64,000 bases of DNA from Azolla caroliniana (Eukaryota > Plantae > Polypodiophyta): the NCBI GenBank assembly GCA_043228905.1, contig JBHGNT010000017.1, positions 6,138,001 to 6,202,000 on the forward strand, written 5' to 3'. Position 1 is the first letter of the stretch; each line of letters opens with the position of its first letter. A model generated the notes under the pieces. It searched no databases and had not been told where the DNA came from. It saw nothing but the letters and a program-made list of their open reading frames with translations. This document shows, in pieces, positions 1-12,078 of the stretch. A program made the translations under genes and the position numbers.

Positions 1-1454
1 TTTTCACAATTTTATGTCCACTATGCTGTATTGTATTCTGAACATAGAATAGTCCTTCAATTACAAAGGAACAATGCAAGATCGAGATTTTCTTTTCACA
101 ATTTTATGTCCACTATGCTGTATTGTATTCTGAACATAGAATAGTCCTTCAATTACAAAGGAACAATGCAAGATCGAGATGTTCTTTTCACAATTTTATG
201 TCCACTATGCTGTATTGTATTCTGAACATAGAATAGTCCTTCAATTACAAAGGAACAATGCAAGATCGAGATGTTCTTTTCACAATTTTATGTCCACTAT
301 GCTGTATTGTATTCTGAACATAGAATAGTCCTTCAATTACAAAGGAACAATGCAAGATCGAGATGTTCTTTTCACAATTTTATGTCCACTATGCTGTATT
401 GTATTCTGAACATAGAATAGTCCTTCAATTACAAAGGAACAATGCAAGATCGAGATTTTCTTTTCACAATTTTATGTCCACTATGCTGTATTGTATTCTG
501 AACATAGAATAGTCCTTCAATTACAAAGGAACAATGCAAGATCGAGATGTTCTTTTCACAATTTTATGTCCACTATGCTGTATTGTATTCTGAACATAGA
601 ATAGTCCTTCAATTACAAAGGAACAATGCAAGATCGAGATGTTCTTTTCACAATTTTATGTCCACTATGCTGTATTGTATTCTGAACATAGAATAGTCCT
701 TCAATTACAAAGGAACAATGCAAGATCGAGATGTTCTTTTCACAATTTTATGTCCACTATGCTGTATTGTATTCTGAACATAGAATAGTCCTTCAATTAC
801 AAAGGAACAATGCAAGATCGAGATGTTCTTTTCACAATTTTATGTCCACTATGCTGTATTGTATTCTGAACATAGAATAGTCCTTCAATTACAAAGGAAC
901 AATGCAAGATCGAGATTTTCTTTTCACAATTTTATGTCCACTATGCTGTATTGTATTCTGAACATAGAATAGTCCTTCAATTACAAAGGAACAATGCAAG
1001 ATCGAGATGTTCTTTTCACAATTTTATGTCCACTATGCTGTATTGTATTCTGAACATAGAATAGTCCTTCAATTACAAAGGAACAATGCAAGATCGAGAT
1101 GTTCTTTTCACAATTTTATGTCCACTATGCTGTATTGTATTCTGAACATAGAATAGTCCTTCAATTACAAAGGAACAATGCAAGATCGAGATGTTCTTTT
1201 CACAATTTTATGTCCACTATGCTGTATTGTATTCTGAACATAGAATAGTCCTTCAATTACAAAGGAACAATGCAAGATCGAGATTTTCTTTTCACAATTT
1301 TATGTCCACTATGCTGTATTGTATTCTGAACATAGAATAGTCCTTCAATTACAAAGGAACAATGCAAGATCGAGATGTTCTTTTCACAATTTTATGTCCA
1401 CTATGCTGTATTGTATTCTGAACATAGAATAGTCCTTCAATTACAAAGGAACAA
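1..1454. repeat. 92-bp tandem array (15.8 visible units, open at window start), probably intronic
   Basis: TTTTCACAAT recurs at 1, 93, 185 ... 1381; units identical except a G/T variant in GAGAT(G/T)TTC. Confidence 0.98.
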
Positions 1455-1792
1455 GGAGAACTGATTGCAAGGGAATATATTATAGATATTACAATGCGTT
1501 AAACCTAGAAAAAATGATCCATGTGTTAAACCTGTATAATCTAACACAATGCAAAACAATCTAACATTTAAAGAAACGGAAAATTATCCATCACTACAAC
1601 ACAATAAACAAATTGATATGATTCTATGGTTGGAAAATATTATCAATTTCCACACAAAATACAAGCAGTATGATTCTAAACACATGAAAGATAATCCATT
1701 GCCAACTCAAAAATGCACAAATATCGTGAAACACATGAAAAGAAAGGAAATTGATTGAAAATGTAAGAATAAGTGAATAGCAGAAGGCTTAC

Positions 1793-2036
1793 GAATGAAC
1801 GGTAAAATGATGAGACCAATCCAAAGAACAGTGCTGGAGACGATGGCGACGGCCACAGGAGAATAGAAGACGAGCAGGGCACAGACAAGGGTGGTGATGA
1901 GGATTTGGATGGACAGGATTCCATATACCTTGCGGATGAATGCCCACCTGAATGCGTTCTCCCCACTGGGGATGCCTGGGTACAACACTGGGCCTGCCTC
2001 AGGATCGTTGACTCCATACTTGTCATTCCTGAACAT
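1793..2036 (-). CDS. First coding exon of a BI-1-like / Lifeguard (TMBIM) membrane protein; rest of gene lies left of the window
   Basis: Translation ...LYPGIPSGENAFRWAFIRKVYGILSIQILIT...WIGLIILPFI matches the plant LFG N-terminus (RxxFIRKVYxIL); donor GTAAG at 1792-1788 (phase 1). Confidence 0.9.
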
Positions 2037-2548
2037 ATTTCTCTCTGTTGATCTTTCTGTGCCTTCTTGTAGATCTTCTGGTGTCTTTTCTTTCTTTCGC
2101 TGTGCTTGCCTGTCTGGCCTATGGAACTGCTATAGAAATGACTGTTTCTTTTCTTTTTAACACAGGAGAGGAGAATTGTCTTCTCTATAGGTGCTCTCCT
2201 CCTTCTATTTCCTTCCCTTTTCTTTACTTAGGATACCTAAGAGATTAGCTCCGTCTGCCTGTTTTTTTTTTCCCCTGATGTATATCAAAGATTCATTCGT
2301 TCTACCTTTCTTTTGTAGAGGGGGATCACGGCTTCTGATATAGAATCAGCGATTCGACTCGTCCTTTCTACCTTTCTTTGAAGGAAAGAAGATTCCGCTT
2401 CGTCTCAGGGATTGGTAACAGGCGAAAGAAAAAGGAGGCGATGAGACACGACACGATCCGATCAGATCAGATGAGACCAGACCAGACAGGAAAAAGGGAA
2501 GAACAAGAAGATGGCGATGGCGATGAGGATGGACATGGTAGGGAAACT

Positions 2549-2556
2549 CTTATATA
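2549..2556 (-). promoter_or_regulatory. Candidate TATA box of the LFG-like gene
   Basis: TATATAAG on minus strand followed by a pyrimidine-rich leader; motif only. Confidence 0.35.
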
Positions 2557-4057
2557 GATGTATGCAGAGCGGTGTTCCTTAATCACCTGCTAATCAGGAT
2601 TAAGACTCTGCTTATCTTCCTTAATCACCCACTTTCTTCTTAAAGGTGAGCCGGACGATTCATTTAACGTCCGCCCCGCCCGCCTGCCCAAAGGCTACGA
2701 TTGGTTATGATTATCATACGATCATTTTGTTCTGCGTTAACCAACCATCCATATTACTGGAACCGGTAAGAAGGCCCTTTGTTTTACTGCTAGATGCGAA
2801 GATGACTCCAACTCGTCTGCCATCAAAAACTTTCGAGAGATTGATTTCCCTGTCGATCGGATATGGGTCTCTGTGAGCAAGAGAGTTTCGTTTTTAAGAT
2901 CTAGTTACCAGGTGCTCTTCCAATTAGCGAGCGGGTATTTGAAGCCCGGTTTTGCTGATTATGATTTCGTCTATAGCAAACGCGGGTTTCTCATAACCGA
3001 GACGATACGCTGAAACTTCATTCCCTAATTTCGCTTCTAATTAGAAGTTGTATTTGTTCGTTGATAGCATCAATTGTGCGCACCACACTAATTACGCCAA
3101 TGTGTGATCCTTAATTGTAACTGCAATGTTATGTTAATTGAGCATACACCGTCAATACTTATGTTGGTTTCCTTCTTCTTCTTTTTACTTAATCTTAATT
3201 TTCATGATCTTGGAACCATCAACTTTGGCCAACCATAAATGGTCATAAAGCTAATTTTAAAAATACACAAGCAAAGTGGCTATTCTACTATGCTTCTTAG
3301 AGGGTGGGGAATAGAAACTCTTAATTGGTCAATGGTCATTGATACGTACGAATCATGGGGAGGGGAACAACCAACCACAATTGGCCATGGCCAGAGTTGA
3401 TCGTGCGACGCAAGCCCCCCCACAATTCGAGAGCTCCATCTACCATCCAAATGGGATTGTTACAAGCATCACTTATTCCTATAATAGGAGTTGGGGTCCA
3501 CATGAATTCCATAGAAAATAAAAAGGGTATTTGGTTATCTGTATTGCTTTCTCATACATAGAAGCCTAACGTGGTAATGTTCACAACTTTAGTACGCCAA
3601 TTTGTGAGAGCCATACGTTTTTAGGCACCTTTATATCTCAATGAAATAAAAACTAATCAATCAATCACTGCTTTACAACGAGTGAATTCTTGAGATAAAT
3701 GTTTCTCAAGGCTTGAGAAGGAGTCTTAGGATAGGATGTATTCGCCTTATTTTATTAGCAATCATCACCTCGTGGGAATGTGATTTTCTTCTATTAACAT
3801 CTTGCACAACTTGCTTTTATTGTAGACATTTTTAAGCATTTATAGTCATGTCCATTGTTAATCTTGTGATTAATTTCTCTCTATTACTTGGGTTAAATTT
3901 TCTAATTAGAGGCACAACATCTAGATATATACCCTTGAGTATTTCATTAATTCCCAAAATGCCCTTCCTTGTTCATTCTTCTCTTATCATTTCATTCCTC
4001 TCTTCTTGTGATCTCTTTATATCTTTCTTCTGTCACTCTATCTTTTCTCTTGGTTCT

Positions 4058-4439
4058 GACAGATATTTTAACGTGGAAACCTGAAAAGTGAAAAACCACA
4101 AGGAGTCCACAAACCCTGAGAAACAGAATCACTATGAAAGAGGAGAAGTACAATAAGAAACTCAAGAGGCAACGACCGCGAGTTCCTCTTTGTCAGACTG
4201 ATGACTGTAGAGTTACTAACTCTTACACACACACACACTCTCTCTCTCTTACACAGTTACAAAGGCAACTACCTCACTAGATAACTATGCAACAACTAAT
4301 AATGATACACACTCTTCTTCTCACCTATAAAGTATGCCCTAGTTGCTTATATACTAAAACAACTTTGAGGTTATTTACAAACATACCCCACTAGGGGTAC
4401 ATGTAGACTATTTACAATTATAGCCCCTCGAATCAGTCA
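4058..4439 (-). mobile_element. Truncated LTR fragment (related to solo LTR 7650-8119); host of Copia A
   Basis: Aligns by eye with 7690-8050 (GGAAACCTGAA..GAAAAACCACA..GGAGTCC..ATCACTATGA..CGAGTTC..GCCCTAGTTGCTT..GACTATTTACA). Confidence 0.7.
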
Positions 4440-4736
4440 TGTGGGATATGGTGTTCGAATATGTGTGGAAATATGTATGAGGACCTATCTAGAAGTGCTC
4501 AACAAACAACACAGAAAGACTGAGATCAAGAAGATGAAGATGTTCTTTAGCTTTAATGGACACTTTGTTATTTCTATTCTCTCTCTCTCTCTCTCTCTCA
4601 GATACTCATAATACAAGAATGATCAAGAAGCTCTCTCATTACAATGTTAGGTTATTACTTATATATTAAGCCCTAACTATTTGGACGCGTTCACACTAAG
4701 ATACAAATAGGAAGGAGTCGGCCTTTTATGCCAACA
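4440..4736 (-). repeat. 3' LTR of Copia A
   Basis: TG...CA, followed by AACTCCCCT (PPT on minus); homologous to 26711-26906 and 41465-41545. Confidence 0.85.
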
Positions 4737-5010
4737 AACTCCCCTGTAAAAGGACAACTCTTTCTTATTACAATTGTATGGGGTTATCTCCCCCATGAAC
4801 CTAGATTACACTTTTAATCTAGGTTATGATTACAAGGCGTTCGGCATGTATTTAGGTCGGTAGAGATATAGTCAATATCTAGCCTGATTTGGCTAATCAT
4901 CCTGATCGACTTGTCCGAATGTTGTCCAAATTTTTTTGTATCTCAGACTTATCTTCTGCTCCTTACTCGGCTTTCCTCTGCTCAATCGCTTGTCATAGTC
5001 CCATCTTCAT

Positions 5011-7584
5011 TCATAACCAGATCCCATCCGGAGGGACCGACTTCCCAACAAATATAGCACCGCCACCGTAGGTGAAGATGTAGCCTGATGTCGACTTCCA
5101 ATTGTCCGAAATCCCGGTGTAGTCGGAGTCAGTGTAGCCTTTAACTTTGATTGGATTTGCCGATCCGAAAATCAGTTGTGCATCTTCAGTCCCTCTTAGG
5201 TACCAAAAGATGTGCTTGATGGCCTCCCAATGCTTTCGTCTTGGGTTTGACATGTACCGGCTAACGACCCCTACGACATAGGCAAGGTCGAGTCGAGTCG
5301 TCACCATCGCATACATGATGCTTCCTATGGTTGATGCATAGGGTATCTTTCCATTAAGCTCTTTCTCCTCGTCCGTCGAAGGAGAGTCTCTATTTGATAG
5401 TCGGATTGATGTCGGAAGCGGTGTTGGTGTTGGATTGGAATTTTCCATGTTGAAGCGCTTCAGCACTTTGTAGATGTAGTCGGATTGGGAGAGTCAGAGA
5501 GTCATTGTCTTCTGATTTTGTTCTATCCTCATGCCCAATATATGTCGGGCTTGTCCAAGTTCCTTCATCGCAAACTTGTTGTGAAGGCTCTACTTTAGCT
5601 TTCCGATTTCAGTTTGATTGCTCCCTGCAATCAACATGTCGTCAATGTATAGGATCAAATAGATCTGGGACTCGTCGGCCTGTTGTCGAGTATATAAACA
5701 TGGGTCGGAGTCAGATTGGCGGTATCCAAGTTGCCTGATGTAGGAATCAAATTTTTGGTACCACATCCTTGGTGCCTGTTTTAGGCCATAAAGGTTATTC
5801 TTCAGTCGAGATACGAGGTGACTTTCCTCCCTCGTCACCGAGAAGCCTGCCAGTTGGGACATGTAAATGTCCTCTTCCAGATCTCCGTGTAGGAACGTCA
5901 TCTTTACATCCAACTGCTCGAGCTCTAGGTTTTATGTCGCCATAACCCCAAGTAGGAGCTGAAGGGTGTTCATCTTGACTACTGGAGAAAATATTTCAGC
6001 GTAGTCGACTCCATGTTCCTGTTTGAATACCTTCGCAATGAGTCGAGCTTTGTACTTGGCTTTCTTAGAATCAGATACATATTTGTATTGGAATACCCAT
6101 TTGCAAGGTAGCGGGTTTCTTCCTGCTGGTAGTTTGACCAGCTCCCATGTTTGATTTTGTCAAATCGAGTCCATCTCGGATTGCATGGCTTGTAGCCATG
6201 TATCGGCGTCCGGTGCGGCTATAGCTTCTTCATAAGTACTTGGTTCATCTACATCCGTGTAGTTGACGTAGTCAAGGCCCAATTGATAAAACTTTGTTTA
6301 GGGTTTAGGGTTTAGGTAGGCCTTCTGACTCGTCCGGATCTCCTGAGTGCCAATTTTGTCGATTCGATTTCTTCAGTCAACTCGGTTGACCGATTGGTAT
6401 TGCTTGAACCATCTTCTGGAGTCCTGTGAGATGACTCACCCTTGTAGTAGGATTTCGGTGATGTCATGCCATCCTCCCCTTCTTCAGGATCAATTGACTT
6501 AGAGGTAGAGGACTTAGCTGACTCGGTTCTGTTCTTCTCTTTGGCCTTGGGTGGGTCAATCGGGTCAATTCTATCGTTTCCGCCTCGCACCTTGTTGACT
6601 TTGCCTTTTTTGTCTTTGATGGCTTTGTCTTCGAGTTCGACTAGTGGACCTCCTACCGATTCGGAGTCGGCGGGTTTATTGTTGGCTGGGGCAAGTTCAA
6701 CTGTTTGTCGAATCTCTAATTCGGCTCGGTGGGTCAGTCTTTCGACGATGTCTCTATCGACTTCGAAGGAGACCTTCTTACCAACTATTTTCTGCTAGTT
6801 CCTAATAGAGAGAATAGAGACTTCATTAAAGACTACGTCATTGCTCCGAATCAATTTCCAGTTCTCTAGGTCCCATAGCCTATAACGGAAGTCCCCATCG
6901 ATTCCATAACCGAGAAATATGCACTTTGTTGCATGGGGTGCCATCTTGGTCCTTTTCTCCTTGGGGATGAATGTGTAGGCTTTCCATCCGAATATACAGA
7001 GCCTATCATAGATCAGTTGTTTGCCTGACCATAGTGCATGTGGCACTTCAAGCCTGATTGCTTTTGATGGCAGCTTATTGATCAGGAATAGTGCCATCTG
7101 CAATGCTTCGACCCAGAACTCCAACTTTAGTCCAACTTGTTGGAGCATTGTCGTCACCCTCTCCTGGATTGTTTAGTTGATCCGTTCTGCCACTCCATTC
7201 TGCATGGGTGTGTATGGAACGGTCTTTTGATGTCGGATCTCTTTGTAGGACAGGTACTGTTTAAAGGCTCGAGAGGTGTATTCTCCTCCATTGTCGGATT
7301 GGAGTGTCTTCACTCTATACCGTGACCGGTTCTCCACTTCCATTATCCACTAAGAGAATACCTCGAGCGTTTCGGCTTTCGACCTAATTGAATAAGCTTA
7401 GACTTTCTGTGTACAATCATCTACAAATGTGATGAAGTATCGGGAGCCTCCTAATGATCTCTCAAATATAGGCCCACATATATCTGTGTGCATGAGCTCT
7501 AGGGGTTGTCGTACCATTTCGTAATGGAGAGAGTGCGGACTCGGGTATGTTTCCCGTATCGATAACGCTCGCAAAAGTCCATCT
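5011..7584 (-). pseudogene. Copia A integrase-RT remnant; RNase H largely missing
   Basis: HTDICGP, KCIFLGYG, MDVKMTFLHGDLEEDIYM, LYGLKQAPR, LYIDDML, YTDSD motifs with many stops and frameshifts. Confidence 0.92.
6297..6316 (+). repeat. Interstitial (TTTAGGG)3 telomere-like tract
   Basis: TTTAGGG TTTAGGG TTTAGG in the INT-RT linker of A. Confidence 0.75.
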
Positions 7585-7649
7585 TGTCACGCTCAAGACT
7601 GGCCACAGCCGGTTACCATTCGTATATTCGTTTGCAAGAAATAATGCTT

Positions 7650-8119
7650 TGATAGAAAACCGAAGAACAGAATAGCAAAAAAACAAAGAACACACAGATT
7701 TTACCATGGAAACCTGAACTGGGAAAAACCACATGGAGTCCGCTTGCTCCGAAAATAGATCACTATGATGATGAGGGGGTAGAACAAAAAACTCATAGGA
7801 AACGACCTCGAGTTCTTCTTCGTCAACAGATGGCTATGGAGTTGCACTTACTCACACTCTCCCTCTCTCACGCGTTCTCTCAATTACGGAGACAATTGTC
7901 CCGTTCTAACTTTTCAATAATGATCACTAACACACACTATCAGATTTGCCCTAGTTGCTTTTATACTAGTACAATTTTCGGACTATTTACAAGTATAGCC
8001 CACAAAGGCTTATTTCGACTATTTACAGATATAGTCTCTTGAGTTGGCTGTCTACACGATTTCGGTTTCGACCTCAGCCTTTCGGCCTCGGGCGATTTCT
8101 TCATCAACTCGTCTCATCA
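7650..8119 (-). mobile_element. Solo LTR (TGAT...ATCA)
   Basis: Inverted termini; homologous to 4058-4439; TSD uncertain. Confidence 0.65.
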
Positions 8120-8831
8120 ACTTTCACGTTGTCTTATGTCTACGCTTCTAGGCGAGCCACACCACGATAACAGTTGGCTACATTCCTAAACTCCAAGCAA
8201 AGACGTGTTGGGAAACAGGTCCCTTCGGATGGGAAGAGACGAAAGAGTGGAAATAGATAAATAGTGATCAACAAGATATGACAAGATAGGATGTAAAATG
8301 ATAATTGAGGGAATGTAAGAAATTTAAAATTATTTCATGAAAGAGTTACAAAATGGCTACGAGCGTCATTGAACTATCGAACTTTGTCTCACAAGGTAGT
8401 TGCTCTTTTCTTTCTTTGTAGTAGACCATAATCTTCCCTTCTATCTTTCGATGAGGATAAGACTCGAACCTCCGCCTTTTCGTTGCAAGTTGAGCACCGC
8501 CGTCGCCAAGCTAGTTCTTCTCTTGTCTTTTGAAGATTGTATATAGGTTTTACCTTCTCTCCCTCTTTCTTTATTATGATATCTCGTACAATATAATTTC
8601 GATCAATTCCATACAATAATTCTATTCAATATGATTGATTGATTCCTTGATATCCTTGTGACTACACTCCCTTCTCCTTTTATAGGAAGGGGATGGTTTT
8701 GCATGTGAACCATATGTCACACATGCAAAGAGGGCTCTTGCAAGTGTGTTATATGGTGCACATGTATTACATGGACTATACAATGCTACTTCAAATAAAA
8801 CAAGACATTTTTGTTTTTTTTACAAATATAA

Positions 8832-8903
8832 TGAGTATTGGCTAAATGTTAGGCTTTGAGGTTCATAATGTGGAGGTTGTTGGTTCAAGTTTTCTCTTGC
8901 CCA
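8832..8903 (+). promoter_or_regulatory. tRNA-like Pol III A/B-box module 1 in 3' LTR of B (copy at ~19036-19107)
   Basis: TGGCTAAATGTT (8839) ... GGAGGT ... GGTTCAAGT (8882) ... GCCCA; tRNA-like spacing of 43 nt. Confidence 0.7.
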
Positions 8904-8971
8904 TGATATTATATATGGTGCACATGTAGTACATTATATGGTTTAGGAATAAGACATATAGTTATATACTA

Positions 8972-9043
8972 CAATTATTGGGTAAATGGTAAGGTTTTAA
9001 AGTTGTAAGGTGGGGGTTATTGGTTCAAGTCCTCTCTTGTCCA
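8972..9043 (+). promoter_or_regulatory. tRNA-like module 2 in 3' LTR of B (copy at ~24834-24905)
   Basis: TGGGTAAATGGTAAG ... GGTTCAAGTCC (9022) ... GTCCA. Confidence 0.7.
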
Positions 9044-9160
9044 TGTAATATAATATATTTGTTTTATTTGCCTTTACATATAATGTATAATATTATCATA
9101 GTGTGTTTATAATATTACCTTTATAAAACATTATCAAGCTATATTTTATTTTAGTTACGT

Positions 9161-9952
9161 TGTCGTAGTGTATTTCGTACACTACGTGAAAAAGTAAAAA
9201 TAATATAAATGATTTAATTACATATAAATAAATAAAATAAGAATATCAAAATATTTATCACATGCATAGGGCAAGATTCGAACACTGTACCTCCACGTAG
9301 CCAAACCTCAACTTTACCATTATGCTACCTTATCTTTAGTGTTTTGCAAATAGATTTAATAACTATAAGTGCTTTATTTGCACCTACCTTTATTAAAAGG
9401 TAAATCGTGCATTTTTAGAGTGCGTGAATATTTTATAGAAAAACGCAAGCAACTAAAAAGTGACTCATGCACATCTAGCGTGCATGAGCACTATATTTAG
9501 CAAATAAAAGCAAGGATTAGAAAAGCATCACATGCACATTTAGTGTGCATGAACATATTAGAAAAAAAAAGCATGTAGCTATGCTTAGTCTCTCCCATCA
9601 CTACATAAGGATGGGGAGCACAATGTAATAGGCGTGTGAAATATTTGGAAATTGGATATATTTCCGAAAACACCAACCGATTAATATAATCGTGGGATTC
9701 ACGAAAATAATATAATCTATACTTGTGGGATTCACAAGTTTCTTATATCTTTCTTTCAATCTAAATACATATTCTTATCTAAATATTGATTAATCGAATA
9801 CAATACACTCGTGGGATTCACGAAATTTCTATCTCTCTTTCTAATAATCTATTCATTACTAGCCTCATCTCATATTCTTCTTTCTCCTAGTCCAAAACCT
9901 CGGCGGTTCCCACCCGACTCACGCAAATGATCCGGAGCCGAAAGGCACGACA
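9161..9952 (+). mobile_element. Solo LTR (TGTCGT...ACGACA), 4-bp TSD ACGT
   Basis: Absent from B's other LTR (empty site TTAGTTACGTATTT near 25175-25188); ACGT at 9157-60 and 9953-56; antisense tRNA-like module ~9264-9335. Confidence 0.92.
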
Positions 9953-12078
9953 ACGTATTTATCTTTTTGTAGAATTTTAATGTGAAGCTTTCGTACTTCA
10001 CGACATCCACCCCCTCTAGACCTGCACATCCTCCAACATGTGCCACTATCTTTCACCTTCATGTTGAGCTATTGGAGGAAGTTCGAGCTCAAACCTTTTC
10101 TTAAATACTTTTATCCTCTTTCTAACTACCACGTTTAGGATTAGTTTTCCATCCAATTCACTAACTTATCATATACTTTTCTTACTATGTAAGGCCCAAA
10201 CCATCTTTCAGCAAACTTGCATAGGGTGTTATGTTGATTATCTAAACTGTCATCATACACAAGCACCCAATCCCCTTCTTCTATCTTCTTATGTCAAATT
10301 CTGTGAGTTTTATCAAAACGAATTTTATTCTTTAGTCGAGCTTCCTTCAATCGTTGGGCTGCTAATTCTACATCTTTAGGCTAACACTCTAATTGTTGAA
10401 TTCGCAAAGCAAGCCATTCTTCTCTGCTCACCTCCTCTCTCTATGGAATAGATATCCATGACATAATTGATTCTTCTACCGGCATGATGGGCTTTTAGCC
10501 AAGTATCAATTCAGTTGGCATGTATCCTATTACCGAACTATGCGTTGTCTGATCCGCCCATAGTGCATAAGGTAGCATGCGTGGCCAATCTCTTATTTTA
10601 CCTTTACAGCTTTTCATGATCGCCTAACTATTGGGATATGTCCTCTTTCAATCTTTCCATTGACTTCTGGATTATACGCAGCTGTAAGTGATTATTTGAC
10701 CCCTATCCAGCTGAAGAATGCTCTAGCTTCATCAGAGTCAAGTTCTCCTCAATTATTTTACCAACACACCCGTAACAACATATTACATCTTCTAACAAAA
10801 ATTTACATACAGCTCTAGTTGTTTTTTGTCGTAGTGGTCTTCCTTCAACTTGGTTTGTAAGGTCTTCTCTCTTGCTAGTACTAAGTATCGCATTTGACCT
10901 TCCCCAAGTGGCATTGTCACTAGATTGACCATCCATTTATAATGCATTGATGATGAATATGTTGGTTTTAACTCATCTTGATATCGAATAGTTGAATACC
11001 TCTGGTAGACTTCACAGGTTTCCACAAATTTCGTTACATCTTTATACATATGTGGTCACCAATACTTTTCTTTCAACTTCATAAATGTTGCCCATATGCC
11101 TCTATGTCTTGCCCACAAACTATCATGGAATTCATTAATTAATTTTCTCTTAATGTCATCCTTACAAATGACTAGAAGAGGATTTTCGGTTGGCCTTTTT
11201 GGGCGCCTCCATAAATGCCCTTCACATGAAAAAAACTTGAATACTCGTCTTCGAAATTCATTTACTGGGTTCATGGTTCTAATGTATGCCGTAATTCTGG
11301 GTTCATGGTTCTAATGTATGCAATCCATTGAAGCATTGCAATATCTCGTGTGGTGCAACTTGCTATCATTCCGATGAGTGGCAAACAATCTGTTTCAACC
11401 ACTACATCTGCTCCGATCAGGTAATCTCTATCTGTTTTTAATGCAATAAGCAAACCCAACAATTCTCGTTTAACTTGTGCATAATTTCTTTGTCTTTCAT
11501 TTAATATCTTTGCTCCAAACCTGATAGCATATTGATGTTGGTCTTCATCTTCTTGGTTGATAACCCAACTGATCCCAATTGGGCTAGTATCAACTGTCAC
11601 TATAATTGGTCTTTCACTATTGTAGTTTGGTTGACGAAGAACTGGAGCTTTCAACAATGCTTCTTTCAATTGTTGAACAACTTGTGTATGTTCATCAGTC
11701 CAAATAAACTTCTTCCCTTTTCTTAAAAGTTAGTAGAGAGGATCTGATACATGTGCAAAGTGTGGTAACCAAATATGATAAAACACACATGCACCTAAAA
11801 ATCTTCTCACCTTTGTTACCGATTCACAAACCTCCTTCATAATTTGTATTTCATTAATTTTGATCGATGAAGGCTTTCTTCCATACCAGCCACACATATG
11901 ACCAACTATCAGAACTTCGTTCTGCCCAAAGCTTGACTTTGTTCCTGATAGTGTCAAATGTACCTGCTCAAGCTTATTTAAAATACTTTCACAATCATTA
12001 ATGTGATCCATCACAAAGTTTCTGCAACTATTTCTAACCATAGCCTCATCTTTATCTCTTTCTAAGCATCCCTTAATA

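Noticed and set aside
1549-1792. Coding continuation of the LFG-like ORF to 1707 and ORF 1549-1758
   Set aside because: AT-rich sequence beyond a strong GTAAG donor; read-through into intron.
8832-8903. Functional tRNA-Met gene (TTCATAA loop, CCA end)
   Set aside because: Acceptor and anticodon stems pair poorly and the loop is not shared by sister modules; treated as a tRNA-like module.
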